A stretch of DNA of 64,000 bases from Deferribacterales bacterium. Its GTDB lineage: Bacteria > Chrysiogenota > Deferribacteres > Deferribacterales > Geovibrionaceae. Where the stretch lies: contig JBFWLW010000003.1 of the NCBI GenBank assembly GCA_050251945.1, positions 256,001 to 320,000 of the forward strand, written 5' to 3'. The notes under the pieces are model-generated. The model searched no databases and had not been told where the DNA came from. It saw only the letters and a list, made by a program, of their open reading frames with translations. Below, piece by piece: positions 23,765 to 33,367 of this stretch. The position numbers and the translations under genes were made by a program. How positions within the stretch are numbered: position 1 is the stretch's first letter; each line of letters opens with the position of its first letter.

Positions 23765-25179
23765 ATTTCTTCCAGTACAGCCTGTATCTTTTCTTTAACA
23801 TACTTGCTGTCGTCAGCAGCCAGTCTGGACATAAGCATGTCCCTGAAGCCGTCGGGTCTGATTTGCTCCAGAATCTCAAGAGCTTTGTAGCGCACAAGCC
23901 AGCTTGAATCGTTTTCAAAAAGGTTCAAAGCCGCTGCCTTCGCGTTCTCTTTGTTATCGTGGAACAGTGACGCAAGCACTTCTTTCCGGATATCCTCGTT
24001 ACCGTTGTCGAGGATTCCCATATAAAAATCGCTGAAATCACCGGGTATTTTGCCCAGCGCCTCTACGATGGCGAGTTTGACGTTCTCATCCACTTTGTCG
24101 TAGCTGTCGGTGAGCCTGTCCGCTTCGGATGCAGAGCATATCTCGCCGCAAGCTTTAACAGCGAAATAGCCTACCCAAGCGTCGTTGTCGGTGATGCGCG
24201 ACATGATATCCTCAAGCTTGTCCTTAGCTTTAATTTTTGCAAGCCCGCTTGCCGAAGCCTCGCGTATTTTGATGGACTTGCTGTCGAGCCCTTTGATAAG
24301 GATGTCGGATACCCCGCTCTTGTTGAAAGATGAGACCGCGCGTATCAGCACAGCTTTAACGTCGTCCTCATTTTCGTTATCCAGAGCGCCTTTAAGCAGT
24401 TCAAAACAGTTGTTGTCGTTTATGAGTGTCAGCGCCTGAATGGCGGCGGTGCGGATTATTTTGCTTGTGCTTGTGAGGAGTCTTCCGAGCCTTGCCGCAT
24501 CGGAATCGTCACTGAGCAGGGCTATGGACGCGGCGGCGGCTTCCGCCACCTCTTCATGTCCTGTTTCAAGCACGTCGTAAATTCTTTCTTTGCTGCTGGA
24601 ATCGCCGAACCAGCCGAGAACAAGAACGGACGCCTGAACTATGAGCGGAATTTCGCTGTCAAGTTCCTGTTTGATGCGTTCTTCGGCACTGTAATCGTGC
24701 GCCTTTCCCATGGTGAGGATGGCATAAAATTTAAGTTCGGGTTCGGGCATCTCCAATATTTTAAGGAGTTTCGCGCGGAATTCGTCTGAATATGATGCCG
24801 CTATAAAGTCTGAAACTCTGTCTGCATAATCAGGCTGAAAGAATTTTTCCACCAGCTCGTCGGATGTGTATGATGAGAAGTCCTCTTCGATATTAAAGTA
24901 GGAGGTAAGGTTCGCCATTTCCATGACCTGATAAACGTTGTCACAAACGTTTGTAACGGCAAACTCGGCACCTATTTTGGCGGAGTTCTTTTTCATGGCT
25001 ATGAGAGCGGCGAGAGCCTTGCTCTGTATGTAGTAGCAGTTTTTCAGGTCGAGACTGATGCGCTTGATGTCTTTAAGGTTGACTATCTCGCGCGCTGCAT
25101 TTTCAAGATCGCTGTAGGGTGCGTCCTGTTCCACCAATATCTTGAGGAAATCACCGTAACGGGTGAATTTATAAGACAT
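23761..25179 (-). CDS. STAS domain + HEAT repeat protein
   Basis: N-terminal STAS (LDLKNCYYIQSKAL..NVYQVMEMANL) followed by multiple HEAT/PBS repeats. Confidence 0.8.
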   Translation of the reverse strand: MSYKFTRYGDFLKILVEQDAPYSDLENAAREIVNLKDIKRISLDLKNCYYIQSKALAALIAMKKNSAKIGAEFAVTNVCDNVYQVMEMANLTSYFNIEEDFSSYTSDELVEKFFQPDYADRVSDFIAASYSDEFRAKLLKILEMPEPELKFYAILTMGKAHDYSAEERIKQELDSEIPLIVQASVLVLGWFGDSSSKERIYDVLETGHEEVAEAAAASIALLSDDSDAARLGRLLTSTSKIIRTAAIQALTLINDNNCFELLKGALDNENEDDVKAVLIRAVSSFNKSGVSDILIKGLDSKSIKIREASASGLAKIKAKDKLEDIMSRITDNDAWVGYFAVKACGEICSASEADRLTDSYDKVDENVKLAIVEALGKIPGDFSDFYMGILDNGNEDIRKEVLASLFHDNKENAKAAALNLFENDSSWLVRYKALEILEQIRPDGFRDMLMSRLAADDSKYVKEKIQAVLEEI

Positions 25180-25182
25180 ATG

Positions 25183-25503
25183 TTACCCCAGTGCTTGAGA
25201 TTGCGTATCGTAAATCTTAAATACTTTGTCCAGTCCTGTGAAGGTGAACATTTCGCGGATGTCTGCAGACATTTCGCACAGTTTCAGTTCTTTTTTAAGT
25301 TTATTAACACTTTTGAGCAGGTCGATGATCTCTCTGAGACCGGAGCTGTTCATATAAACAACGCCTTTAAAGGAGATCACAACAGAAGATGCAGAGTTAT
25401 AAAGGTCAAGAATACCCTTTTTAAGCTCGCTTCCTGTCTGTGCGTTCACTTCGCCTTTAACAAAAACAACTTTTTTCCCGCCGTTATCCTGTACGTCAAA
25501 CAT
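25183..25503 (-). CDS. Anti-sigma factor antagonist (STAS, RsbV/SpoIIAA-like)
   Basis: GEVNA, VYMNSSGL, FTGLDKVFKIY; AGGAGG before ATG 25503. Confidence 0.9.
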   Translation of the reverse strand: MFDVQDNGGKKVVFVKGEVNAQTGSELKKGILDLYNSASSVVISFKGVVYMNSSGLREIIDLLKSVNKLKKELKLCEMSADIREMFTFTGLDKVFKIYDTQSQALG

Positions 25504-25513
25504 CTGGATCCTC

Positions 25514-27088
25514 CTAAAGTTTTTTAAATGCCAATATGGTGATATCATCTTCAAAGGGGTGTCCCTGTGTAAATGCTCTGACATCCTCCATGATATTCTC
25601 TATCAGCTCGCTTACAGGCAGAGACGAGAACATCATGATCTTCGATATAAGCTGGTCGTACCCGTATTGCTCACGGCTGCGGTTCATAGCTTCGTTCAGA
25701 CCGTCTGTGTACATGAACACTATGTCGCCGCTGTCAAGAGTGAGCGTACCCTCTTCATATTCTACCATATCAAATGCTCCTAGGAACATTCCGTGGGCAG
25801 AAACTTTTTTAACCAGCATTTCGGACTTGTCATACAGCAGTAGGGGGTTGTGTCCCGCGCTTGCAAAATTGCAGACTCCCTTTGCAGAATCAAGAACAAG
25901 ATAGAACATTGTGACAAAGTCGTTGGTGTGGATATTGTCGCAGAGTATCTCGTTCACCATGGCAACAGCCTCGGAGGAAGATATGATGTCGTATGTGTAG
26001 GAACGCATTATGGCGCGGGTTATCGCCATGATAACGGATGCCGGTATGCCGTGGCCGGAAACGTCCGCCACGCCGAGACCCCAGTAGCCGTTACTCATTT
26101 CGATACAGTCGTAATAATCGCCGCCTGCATGTTCCGCAGGAGTGTAAAAGGCGCCGAAGTCGTATCCGGGTATCTCCGGCAGCTTTTCGGGAAGCAGACT
26201 CGCCTGAATCTGTCCCACCTGCATAAGTTCTTCATCTATTATCTTATGGGCCGTTTTCAGCTTATCGTTCATGCGCAGAAGGTCTTCGTTCAAAAGTGCC
26301 ATCTGGCGCTGTTTCTCCTGAAGTACACTCTGCTGGGTCTTTATCTCGTCTATAAGCTTCAGTTCTTTTGTTGTGTCCCTTAAAGATTCGACAATATACT
26401 TGTCAAAGTGGTTCATGGTGACCGTGAGCTTTTTTCCGTTTGCCTCTCGGAATGAGCGTACGTTTTTCGGGTCGAGAAGGGGACAGTCTTTGCATTGTTC
26501 CGTATAGCCGTATATCTCAAAGCATTTGATAGAAGTCATGCTTACGCCGTACAGCCCGCATGTCTCCTGCAGACTGGTGTTTGACATGTTGATGGTCAGA
26601 TCGGGGTTCACCACCATAACGCCGTCGTTGAGCGAGTTTATGGTCTTGAGGATAAAGCGGTGTTCCTTTTCCGTCTCTTTGCGTTTGAGGTTAAGGATAA
26701 TGTTGGACGCTTTAAGCTCTTTCGAGTGCCGGGTCAGCTTGTCTATGAGCTTTTTTGTGCTGGTGATGTCCGTAAGTATCTCCGCATATGTGCCTTCCTG
26801 CAGAGTTATGAATTTTGCAGAGAGCAGTTTGCGGAAACCCCTATGCGTGATGGTATCGTGTTCGATATCAATCGGGATCCTGTTTTCACGCAGTTTCTGG
26901 AGCTGACATTCTTTGCAGGGTTCCATTTTGTTGAAAATAACCATATGGCATTTCTTGCCGATCATTTTCTCCGGCGGCTTCCCCGTGATGTTTTTCACCT
27001 GAGGGCTGCAATACTGTATCTGGTATTTGTCGTTAATGACAAACACCACTTCGCTGATATAATTTAGTATCTCTTTTATGTATTCCAT
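25514..27088 (-). CDS. PAS-PAS-PP2C (SpoIIE/RsbU-type) serine phosphatase
   Basis: Two Cys-containing PAS-like domains, coiled coil, IQASLLP, GGDYYD, ADVSGHG, YTDGL, DDIT. Confidence 0.92.
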   Translation of the reverse strand: MEYIKEILNYISEVVFVINDKYQIQYCSPQVKNITGKPPEKMIGKKCHMVIFNKMEPCKECQLQKLRENRIPIDIEHDTITHRGFRKLLSAKFITLQEGTYAEILTDITSTKKLIDKLTRHSKELKASNIILNLKRKETEKEHRFILKTINSLNDGVMVVNPDLTINMSNTSLQETCGLYGVSMTSIKCFEIYGYTEQCKDCPLLDPKNVRSFREANGKKLTVTMNHFDKYIVESLRDTTKELKLIDEIKTQQSVLQEKQRQMALLNEDLLRMNDKLKTAHKIIDEELMQVGQIQASLLPEKLPEIPGYDFGAFYTPAEHAGGDYYDCIEMSNGYWGLGVADVSGHGIPASVIMAITRAIMRSYTYDIISSSEAVAMVNEILCDNIHTNDFVTMFYLVLDSAKGVCNFASAGHNPLLLYDKSEMLVKKVSAHGMFLGAFDMVEYEEGTLTLDSGDIVFMYTDGLNEAMNRSREQYGYDQLISKIMMFSSLPVSELIENIMEDVRAFTQGHPFEDDITILAFKKL

Positions 27089-27120
27089 TTTGCCCTACGG
27101 TGCGTCCTTTATGAGCTAAG

Positions 27121-27148
27121 TAATTTAAAATTATGTAATTTTAAATTA
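27121..27148. promoter_or_regulatory. Perfect 13-bp inverted repeat upstream of the phosphatase gene (candidate operator)
   Basis: TAATTTAAAATTA-TG-TAATTTTAAATTA, overlapping a minus-strand TATAAT (27145-27150). Confidence 0.5.
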
Positions 27149-27204
27149 TAATCGTTAAAAAATCAAACAAATTGCATGTATACGAATATACCGGATCGGT
27201 ATTT

Positions 27205-28188
27205 TTACTTTTTTAACATCATTATACCGAAGAAAACCGCCATGAATACGATGATACCGATGGAGGTGTAAAGCAGCCTGTAGCTGAGGCTTTCCGCTTT
27301 ATCCATCTGTTCTTTATAGAATTCTTCCAGCTTAGCATCAATTTCTTTAAGGACATTGAGCTCTTTCTCTATCTTTTCACGGCAGTTGTTAAGTTCGTCT
27401 TCAGATTCCATCTCGACCAGAGCGCCTATATAGATAATCAGGCTCTCCTGAATATTATATATGGACTGTGCGAGATAGTCGAATCTTTCCGTGAACTTAT
27501 AGAATAAGGTTTTGCGCAGTTCCGGCAGAAGCTTAATCTGAACCCGCTTAAATCTGTCTTTGAGTTCCGGACTCATGTTGTTAATATCGTCAACACGATC
27601 CACATCGTTAAGTATCTGGCGGGTCATGACAAGGTAATGGTCGCACATATCAGAAAGGGTGCTTGTGTTCACGAACACCTTTTTACCTTTTGGGGGATTC
27701 TGTTTCAGATAGTTTCGTATCTGGAAAAAACCGGAAGCTATTTTAACCGTTTTCCGTTTTTTAACGGGTTTGACGGTCATCCGTTTCATGTCAAGTGCTT
27801 CCAGCGTTTCGATTATGTCGGCAGGCGTGAATATGTAGTGGTTTTTTCCGTCGAGAATATCGCGTGTGTCCGCATCAAGATTTGAGTTTGTGAAGAAAAA
27901 GAGTTTTGTCAGTCCTTCTTCGTTCATGGTGCGAAGAACGTCTGACGAAACGTATCTGTCAATATCTTCGCCGTTTCTGCCGATCTCTATCCAGACCATG
28001 GCGGATTCTTCGCTTTTTGATGAACGCCACAGTTCTATCCTGCGTTTTCCTTCATCGTCTTTAATGCTTCTGTGGACAGTGAAGGTGAAGTCATGCATGA
28101 CTTCGGTTACGTATTCATAAAACTTGTTGAGTTTTATGTTATAGAAATCCTGATAGGTTATTTTCTGTTCGCCGTTATCTTCGCTCAT
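27205..28188 (-). CDS. Hypothetical protein: degenerate Mrr-like N-domain, coiled coil, C-terminal TM anchor
   Basis: DV..TM...GLTKLFFFTNSNL...ILDGKN..IF pattern, helical middle, hydrophobic C-terminal helix followed by KK. Confidence 0.55.
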   Translation of the reverse strand: MSEDNGEQKITYQDFYNIKLNKFYEYVTEVMHDFTFTVHRSIKDDEGKRRIELWRSSKSEESAMVWIEIGRNGEDIDRYVSSDVLRTMNEEGLTKLFFFTNSNLDADTRDILDGKNHYIFTPADIIETLEALDMKRMTVKPVKKRKTVKIASGFFQIRNYLKQNPPKGKKVFVNTSTLSDMCDHYLVMTRQILNDVDRVDDINNMSPELKDRFKRVQIKLLPELRKTLFYKFTERFDYLAQSIYNIQESLIIYIGALVEMESEDELNNCREKIEKELNVLKEIDAKLEEFYKEQMDKAESLSYRLLYTSIGIIVFMAVFFGIMMLKK

Positions 28189-29074
28189 ATACCACTGCGC
28201 GTCTGTTTAGCGGCTGTCCCTGCGGTTTGTTAGGTGCGACAGGATATGCAGGTCCCATGCCCATCATTTTTATGGACGAGCCTGCCAGCCCGTTTGTAAG
28301 CATTTTTGATTTAATGAATGCTGCACGTTTATTTGAAAGCTCAATGTTGTCCTTATATTCGACATTGGGGATAACGCGGACGTCGTCCGTGTGTCCGACT
28401 ATCATATACTTTTTGTTTTTGCTGAGAGATTTAAGCATATTGATACTGTCCTGCGTGAGGTTTGTATTGAATTTGCCAAGATCAAAATACACAATGCCTA
28501 TTTCTTTAAGATCTTTGTCTCTTATGCCGTTGGAATCACATTCCTTTCCGTTCTTTTCAAAAACAGCCACGACGTATGTATCTTTTTTTACGTTTTTCAG
28601 TGAATAGCTATCGGAAACGTCAACCTGCTCGCCATTAACCACAAGTTTAACAAGTGTCTGGCATGGTGCCGGTTTAAGCTTAAAATCTACGTCGGCTCCG
28701 TCTTTAACGGAAAGTTTGCCTATGGGCTGAATGTCGCCTTCGCCGAGTTTCGTAACGCTGACCTCATGGTCGGAAGGCGCTGTTGTCTGTGCATCGGTGC
28801 CTCTGGAAGTATTTACGTTAGGAGTGTAGGGCGCTCCCGGTGCCGACTGTTCAATAGAGAGTATCTGCCAGCCATTCAGCGCGACGTTTTCACGGGCTTC
28901 CTCTTCATTCTCCGCCCAGACACGCATCTGAGTAGTCACGTTGGAATCTGGACGTGCAACTATGACCCGAAAGAATTTGCGATCATTAGCTGAGCTATCT
29001 CCACCATATAAAACGGCGGAAATTAGTATTAGGCTTAGAAAGCTTCGGAGAAAGGTCACGGTAATTATTTTCAT
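28175..29074 (-). CDS. OmpA-family peptidoglycan-binding protein with Ig/InlB-B-repeat-like domain
   Basis: VYFDLGK, VGHTD, NIELSNKRA, GMG..PVAPN, NRRAV; signal-peptide-like N-terminus. Confidence 0.85.
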   Translation of the reverse strand: MKIITVTFLRSFLSLILISAVLYGGDSSANDRKFFRVIVARPDSNVTTQMRVWAENEEEARENVALNGWQILSIEQSAPGAPYTPNVNTSRGTDAQTTAPSDHEVSVTKLGEGDIQPIGKLSVKDGADVDFKLKPAPCQTLVKLVVNGEQVDVSDSYSLKNVKKDTYVVAVFEKNGKECDSNGIRDKDLKEIGIVYFDLGKFNTNLTQDSINMLKSLSKNKKYMIVGHTDDVRVIPNVEYKDNIELSNKRAAFIKSKMLTNGLAGSSIKMMGMGPAYPVAPNKPQGQPLNRRAVVYERR

Positions 29075-29315
29075 TAAGTTTGTACTGTTTTGCTGCTGCT
29101 TCAAAGTCGTCACCTTTCACGACGTCAACGATAGTTAATTCGTAAATAATATCTTTTCCGCCGTAGTAGTGCAAGAATGCGGATGGTTGGAGTTTCGAGG
29201 CGGTCTGGAAACGTCTGGTTTCCGTGACCACCTCGTATATGTAAATCTTAGCCGTAGCGGTACGGCAAAATATTAATACTAAACTAAGAGTTAGAAGAGT
29301 TCGCCATAAGCTCAT
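28995..29315 (-). CDS. Small secreted hypothetical protein
   Basis: Signal-peptide-like start (MSLWRTLLTLSLVLIFCRTATA); fills the gap between cheA and the OmpA gene on the same strand. Confidence 0.5.
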   Translation of the reverse strand: MSLWRTLLTLSLVLIFCRTATAKIYIYEVVTETRRFQTASKLQPSAFLHYYGGKDIIYELTIVDVVKGDDFEAAAKQYKLNENNYRDLSPKLSKPNTNFRRFIWWR

Positions 29316-31365
29316 CTATCTTGTCCATCAGCATCTGCATGTTCAGAGGCTTAAGGAGGAAAGCGTCGATGCCTGCCGCTGATATTTTTTTGCGTTCGGA
29401 TATTTCCGATCTGCCTGATGCTGCGATGATGGGCTTGTCATAGCCTTTTTCTCTGAGGTTTCTTGCGACCTCATAGCCGTCCATATCGGGCATCATGATG
29501 TCAGTTATGACGATGTCAGGATTAAGTTTATCTATCATCTTGACAGCGTCCTTGCCGCTTGTTACCTCTTTAGTTTCCATCCAGCCTGTGGATGTGAGCA
29601 GTCTGCTGATTATCTTGCGATCGGTTGCCGAATCGTCGATTATCAGAACTGTTATCTTGTTGTTATTTCTTTTGCCGGATTCAACTTTTTTCTTCTGTCT
29701 GAATCTTCTGGGCATTTTGGATGCTATATCCATTACGCCGGCAACGTCGATGATAAGACGCACGCGTCCGTCGCCCATGATGGTCGCGCCGGCGATGCCT
29801 TCATTTCCGCTGAGGTATTCGCCGAGTGATTTGATAACGATCTCTTCCTGACCGACGAGCTTATTCACTATGAAGCCGAGGCGTTTTTCAGCTATACCGA
29901 CGACAACGACATAAATATCCTCATCGTAGGATTCCTGAAATTCGTATATTTCGTTAAGGCGGATAAGGCTGAGAACTGAATCGCGCAGTTTGAGCACTTC
30001 GCGTCCTTCAAAGCTGTGTATCTGTTTTTCGTTTATGCGCACTGTCTCTATAACTGAAACGAGCGGGATTGCGAGTACCTCGCCCGATACTTCAACAAGA
30101 AGAGCCTGAATGATGGCAAGAGTGAGAGGCAGTTTCATTTTGAAACGCGTCCCGTGACCGATTTCAGATTCTATGTTGATGATACCGTTCAGTTTTTCAA
30201 TGTTTGTCTTAACAACGTCCATACCCACGCCGCGACCTGAAACGTCGGTTATCTGAGCCGCAGTGGAGAAACCGGGGCGGAAAATGAGACTATATGCGGT
30301 CTCGTTATCCATATTTTTGGCCTCTTCGGGGCTGATAACGTTCTTTTCGACAGCTTTCTTTCTCAGCATGTCGGGGTCGAGACCTTTACCGTCATCTTTA
30401 ATTTCAACAACGATGTGGTTGCCTTCGTGATAAGCAGAGAGGTTTACGATACCTTTATCAGGTTTGCCTTTTTTGCGTCTTTCAGAGGGAACCTCGACAC
30501 CGTGGTCAACTGCGTTTCTGATCATGTGCATCAGGGGGTCGCCTATTTCTTCCACGACGGATTTATCAAGCTCTGTCTCTTCGCCTGCGATCACAAGGTC
30601 TATATCCTTCTGCATGTCGCGGCAGAGGTCGCGCACCATGCGGGGGAATTTGTTGAAAACTTTGCCGATGGGAACCATTCTGGTCTTCATAACGGCAAGC
30701 TGAAGTTCGGTGGAGATGAGACCTATCTGTGATGTGGTCTCCATAAGCTGTTCTACAAGGTATTCTCCCTCGAATTTCTTTTCCAGTTCGCCTGATATCT
30801 GTCCGATACGGTTACGCGACAGAACAAGCTCACCCACAAGGTTCATGAGTGAATCCAGACGGGAAACGTCAACGCGTATGGTTTGTTCAACAGCAACAGC
30901 GGCTTTTTTAACCTGCTCAACGCTCTCTCTTTTTGCGCCTGCGCTTGCGGATGCTTCGCTTGCGCCGCCCATTCTGAGTTTTCCTTCGTTTGCAAGTTTA
31001 AGCTTGGGCACGATTTCGTCGATTGACGCAGTGTTGGTACCGTTTTTTATGTCTGCAATGATTGTTTTTGTAACGTCAACGAACTCAAGCAGGACGTCCA
31101 TTATCTCAGGAGTAACCTGCATTTCGTTTTTTCTCAGTTTGTTGAGGATCTCTTCAGCGTGGTGGGTAACGCTGCTCATCTTGTCAAACCCGAGGAAGGA
31201 CGAAGCACCTTTCATGGTGTGAGCCGCCCTGAATATTTTATTCAGAAGTTCAAAGTCGTTCTTTCTGTTTTCCAGTTCAATAAGATCCTGATCGAGACTC
31301 TCGACAATTTCATCGGTCTCAAGAATAAAGTCCTGTACAAGGTCCTGCATTTCATTATTGCTCAT
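29284..31365 (-). CDS. cheA: Chemotaxis histidine kinase CheA with C-terminal receiver domain
   Basis: IFRAAHTMKG (P1), TIRVD, HMIRNAVDHG, GFSTA, SGRGVGMDVV, CheW domain, C-terminal REC. Confidence 0.96.
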   Translation of the reverse strand: MSNNEMQDLVQDFILETDEIVESLDQDLIELENRKNDFELLNKIFRAAHTMKGASSFLGFDKMSSVTHHAEEILNKLRKNEMQVTPEIMDVLLEFVDVTKTIIADIKNGTNTASIDEIVPKLKLANEGKLRMGGASEASASAGAKRESVEQVKKAAVAVEQTIRVDVSRLDSLMNLVGELVLSRNRIGQISGELEKKFEGEYLVEQLMETTSQIGLISTELQLAVMKTRMVPIGKVFNKFPRMVRDLCRDMQKDIDLVIAGEETELDKSVVEEIGDPLMHMIRNAVDHGVEVPSERRKKGKPDKGIVNLSAYHEGNHIVVEIKDDGKGLDPDMLRKKAVEKNVISPEEAKNMDNETAYSLIFRPGFSTAAQITDVSGRGVGMDVVKTNIEKLNGIINIESEIGHGTRFKMKLPLTLAIIQALLVEVSGEVLAIPLVSVIETVRINEKQIHSFEGREVLKLRDSVLSLIRLNEIYEFQESYDEDIYVVVVGIAEKRLGFIVNKLVGQEEIVIKSLGEYLSGNEGIAGATIMGDGRVRLIIDVAGVMDIASKMPRRFRQKKKVESGKRNNNKITVLIIDDSATDRKIISRLLTSTGWMETKEVTSGKDAVKMIDKLNPDIVITDIMMPDMDGYEVARNLREKGYDKPIIAASGRSEISERKKISAAGIDAFLLKPLNMQMLMDKIDELMANSSNS

Positions 31366-31380
31366 GATTTCCTCCGGACC

Positions 31381-32013
31381 TTACTGACCGAACTCTTTAA
31401 GAAGTTCGTCAACAAGATTCTGGTCTTTTAAAAGGTCTTTTTTATCTTTGATCATATCAAGCATCTGTACGTCGATCTTATTCTCTTTAACTCCGAACAT
31501 GAGAACAAGATGCGCCAGCCTTTCCTGAAGGTCATAAATTATTTTAACAAGCTTATCTATTTTTTGCTTGGTAATGTCCTGAAATTCCAGTGAAGCAATT
31601 ATATCGAAACAGGTGTCCTGACCGCCGAGGGCCTTGTCGCGCAGTCTGTCGATTATGCCGCCCGCAAGTCCGTATTGTCCGGCAGCGACCTGATCCTTTA
31701 TGGTTTGTATGTTTTCTCTGATATCATCGGTTATGAAATTGATTTTGTCAACACAGGCAAGAACGTTTTCCGATGCGGTTTTAGAGTCTGCAATGATGGC
31801 TTTCAGGGTGTCTTCAAAACCCGGAAGGTCTTCATAGCTGTCTTCCACTGTATCGTACACAGCTTTCAGCTTGTTTATGGCATCGCTGAAATATTGTGCG
31901 ATATGATAAAGTTCGTTTTCGGCGTTAACTTCAACGCCTGCAACGTCATAGTTTCCTTCATTGATGCTTCTGGCGATATCCAGAAGTTCGTTTATGTCTT
32001 TGTAATCAGACAT
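31381..32013 (-). CDS. cheZ: CheZ-family phosphatase
   Basis: LEFQDITKQKI (DxxxQ) and C-terminal DQNLVDELLKEFG; lies between cheY and cheA. Confidence 0.82.
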   Translation of the reverse strand: MSDYKDINELLDIARSINEGNYDVAGVEVNAENELYHIAQYFSDAINKLKAVYDTVEDSYEDLPGFEDTLKAIIADSKTASENVLACVDKINFITDDIRENIQTIKDQVAAGQYGLAGGIIDRLRDKALGGQDTCFDIIASLEFQDITKQKIDKLVKIIYDLQERLAHLVLMFGVKENKIDVQMLDMIKDKKDLLKDQNLVDELLKEFGQ

Positions 32014-32014
32014 A

Positions 32015-32392
32015 TCACAGTCCCAGAAGCTTGTTAACCTTCTCCTGAAGCGTATCCGGAGTAAACGGCTTAACAACGTAGTTGTTAACGCCGCTGCGCA
32101 GCGCAGTAAGGATATCTTCTTTGGCGGCTTCTGTGGTCACCATGAGTATGGGGGTCTCTTTGTATTCGTCCTTCGCTCTGAGTGTTTTTACGAAGGTCAG
32201 ACCGTCCATTTCAGGCATGTTCCAGTCGGTGATTATCAAATCAACTTCATTTTTTGCAAGCACATCAAGACCTTCAACGCCGTTGCCGGCTTCCAGTACG
32301 TTTGTGAAGCCCAGCTTGGTGAGAGTATTTTTGATGATCCTGCGCATCGTTGAAGAATCGTCAACTGTTATAATCACATGGTCGTAAGCCAT
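32015..32392 (-). CDS. cheY: Chemotaxis response regulator
   Basis: VDDSSTMRRI, TDWNMPEMDG, MVTTE, YVVKPF. Confidence 0.95.
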   Translation of the reverse strand: MAYDHVIITVDDSSTMRRIIKNTLTKLGFTNVLEAGNGVEGLDVLAKNEVDLIITDWNMPEMDGLTFVKTLRAKDEYKETPILMVTTEAAKEDILTALRSGVNNYVVKPFTPDTLQEKVNKLLGL

Positions 32393-32449
32393 TATCGGGT
32401 CCTCCACCTGTTTATATACACTATATTATTTCCAAAACAGCGGGTACTG

Positions 32450-33367
32450 TCAATCTTTTAATTTCTTTATCCGTTCTGCGCGGCTCACAATTTCTTTTAT
32501 ACGGAAACCGAAATAGCCGTCCACAATAACGACCTCGCCCCTTGCGATGACCTTGTTGTTAATCACAAGTTCAACAGGCTCATCCGCGGATTCGTCAAGT
32601 TCTATGATATTACCTGATCCCATTGTGAGAATATCCTTTAAAAACATGTTTGTCGAACCCATTTTTACACTTACAGGAACGTCAATATCCAAAAGCAGGT
32701 CAAGATTGCCGGAATTATGGGCGTGACCGCCGCCTCCGATCTCGGGAATATGCATTCCCGTTTCGTCGTCAGGGAACTTGAAAGCCGCTCCGAAATCCGG
32801 TTCTTCGCCGAATCCGGCTCCAGAGGAACCGCCGCCGAACTCGTTCAGCAGTGTGCTGTCGGTGTAAAAACGGAAAGTCGTGCTTGTGGAGCCTATGCTA
32901 AGTGCGGCATCCACCACCATGTATTCTGCTGCCTGAAAAAGTGCGGGCGCATCATTAATCATTACATCGTCTATTCTGAAAGAAACCTTAATGCCGGTTT
33001 TTTCTTTAACCGGTTCACCGCAAGCCGCCAGAAGCTGAGATGCATATTCTTTGATGGCGTCTTTGTCGTCTGCTTCGAGTTTGTTTTTGCCCGGTTCATC
33101 CATCATCATCATAAGATTGGTCATGTATGTGATGTCCACGGTGTTGAACATTATACCCGCTTCCGCACCCGTGTGTTCTTCCGTGACCAGAATGAGGGTC
33201 TGTTCCTCATATCCGGATGTGAGGTCGTCGGGACCTGTGGAGCTCACCTGTGCAAAGGACAGGTTTACGTTTTTATCCATAGACATGCTGGTGATAGTGC
33301 TTTTAAACACATCCAGAAGAACATTTGTCAGCGGGGAATGTCTGCTGTCACTCAGCGGTGTTTTCAT
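32450..33367 (-). CDS. fliN: Flagellar motor switch protein FliY/FliN
   Basis: C-terminal SpoA domain (NLDLLLDI..., IARGEVVIVDGYFG) with a diverged CheC-like N-domain. Confidence 0.88.
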   Translation of the reverse strand: MKTPLSDSRHSPLTNVLLDVFKSTITSMSMDKNVNLSFAQVSSTGPDDLTSGYEEQTLILVTEEHTGAEAGIMFNTVDITYMTNLMMMMDEPGKNKLEADDKDAIKEYASQLLAACGEPVKEKTGIKVSFRIDDVMINDAPALFQAAEYMVVDAALSIGSTSTTFRFYTDSTLLNEFGGGSSGAGFGEEPDFGAAFKFPDDETGMHIPEIGGGGHAHNSGNLDLLLDIDVPVSVKMGSTNMFLKDILTMGSGNIIELDESADEPVELVINNKVIARGEVVIVDGYFGFRIKEIVSRAERIKKLKD

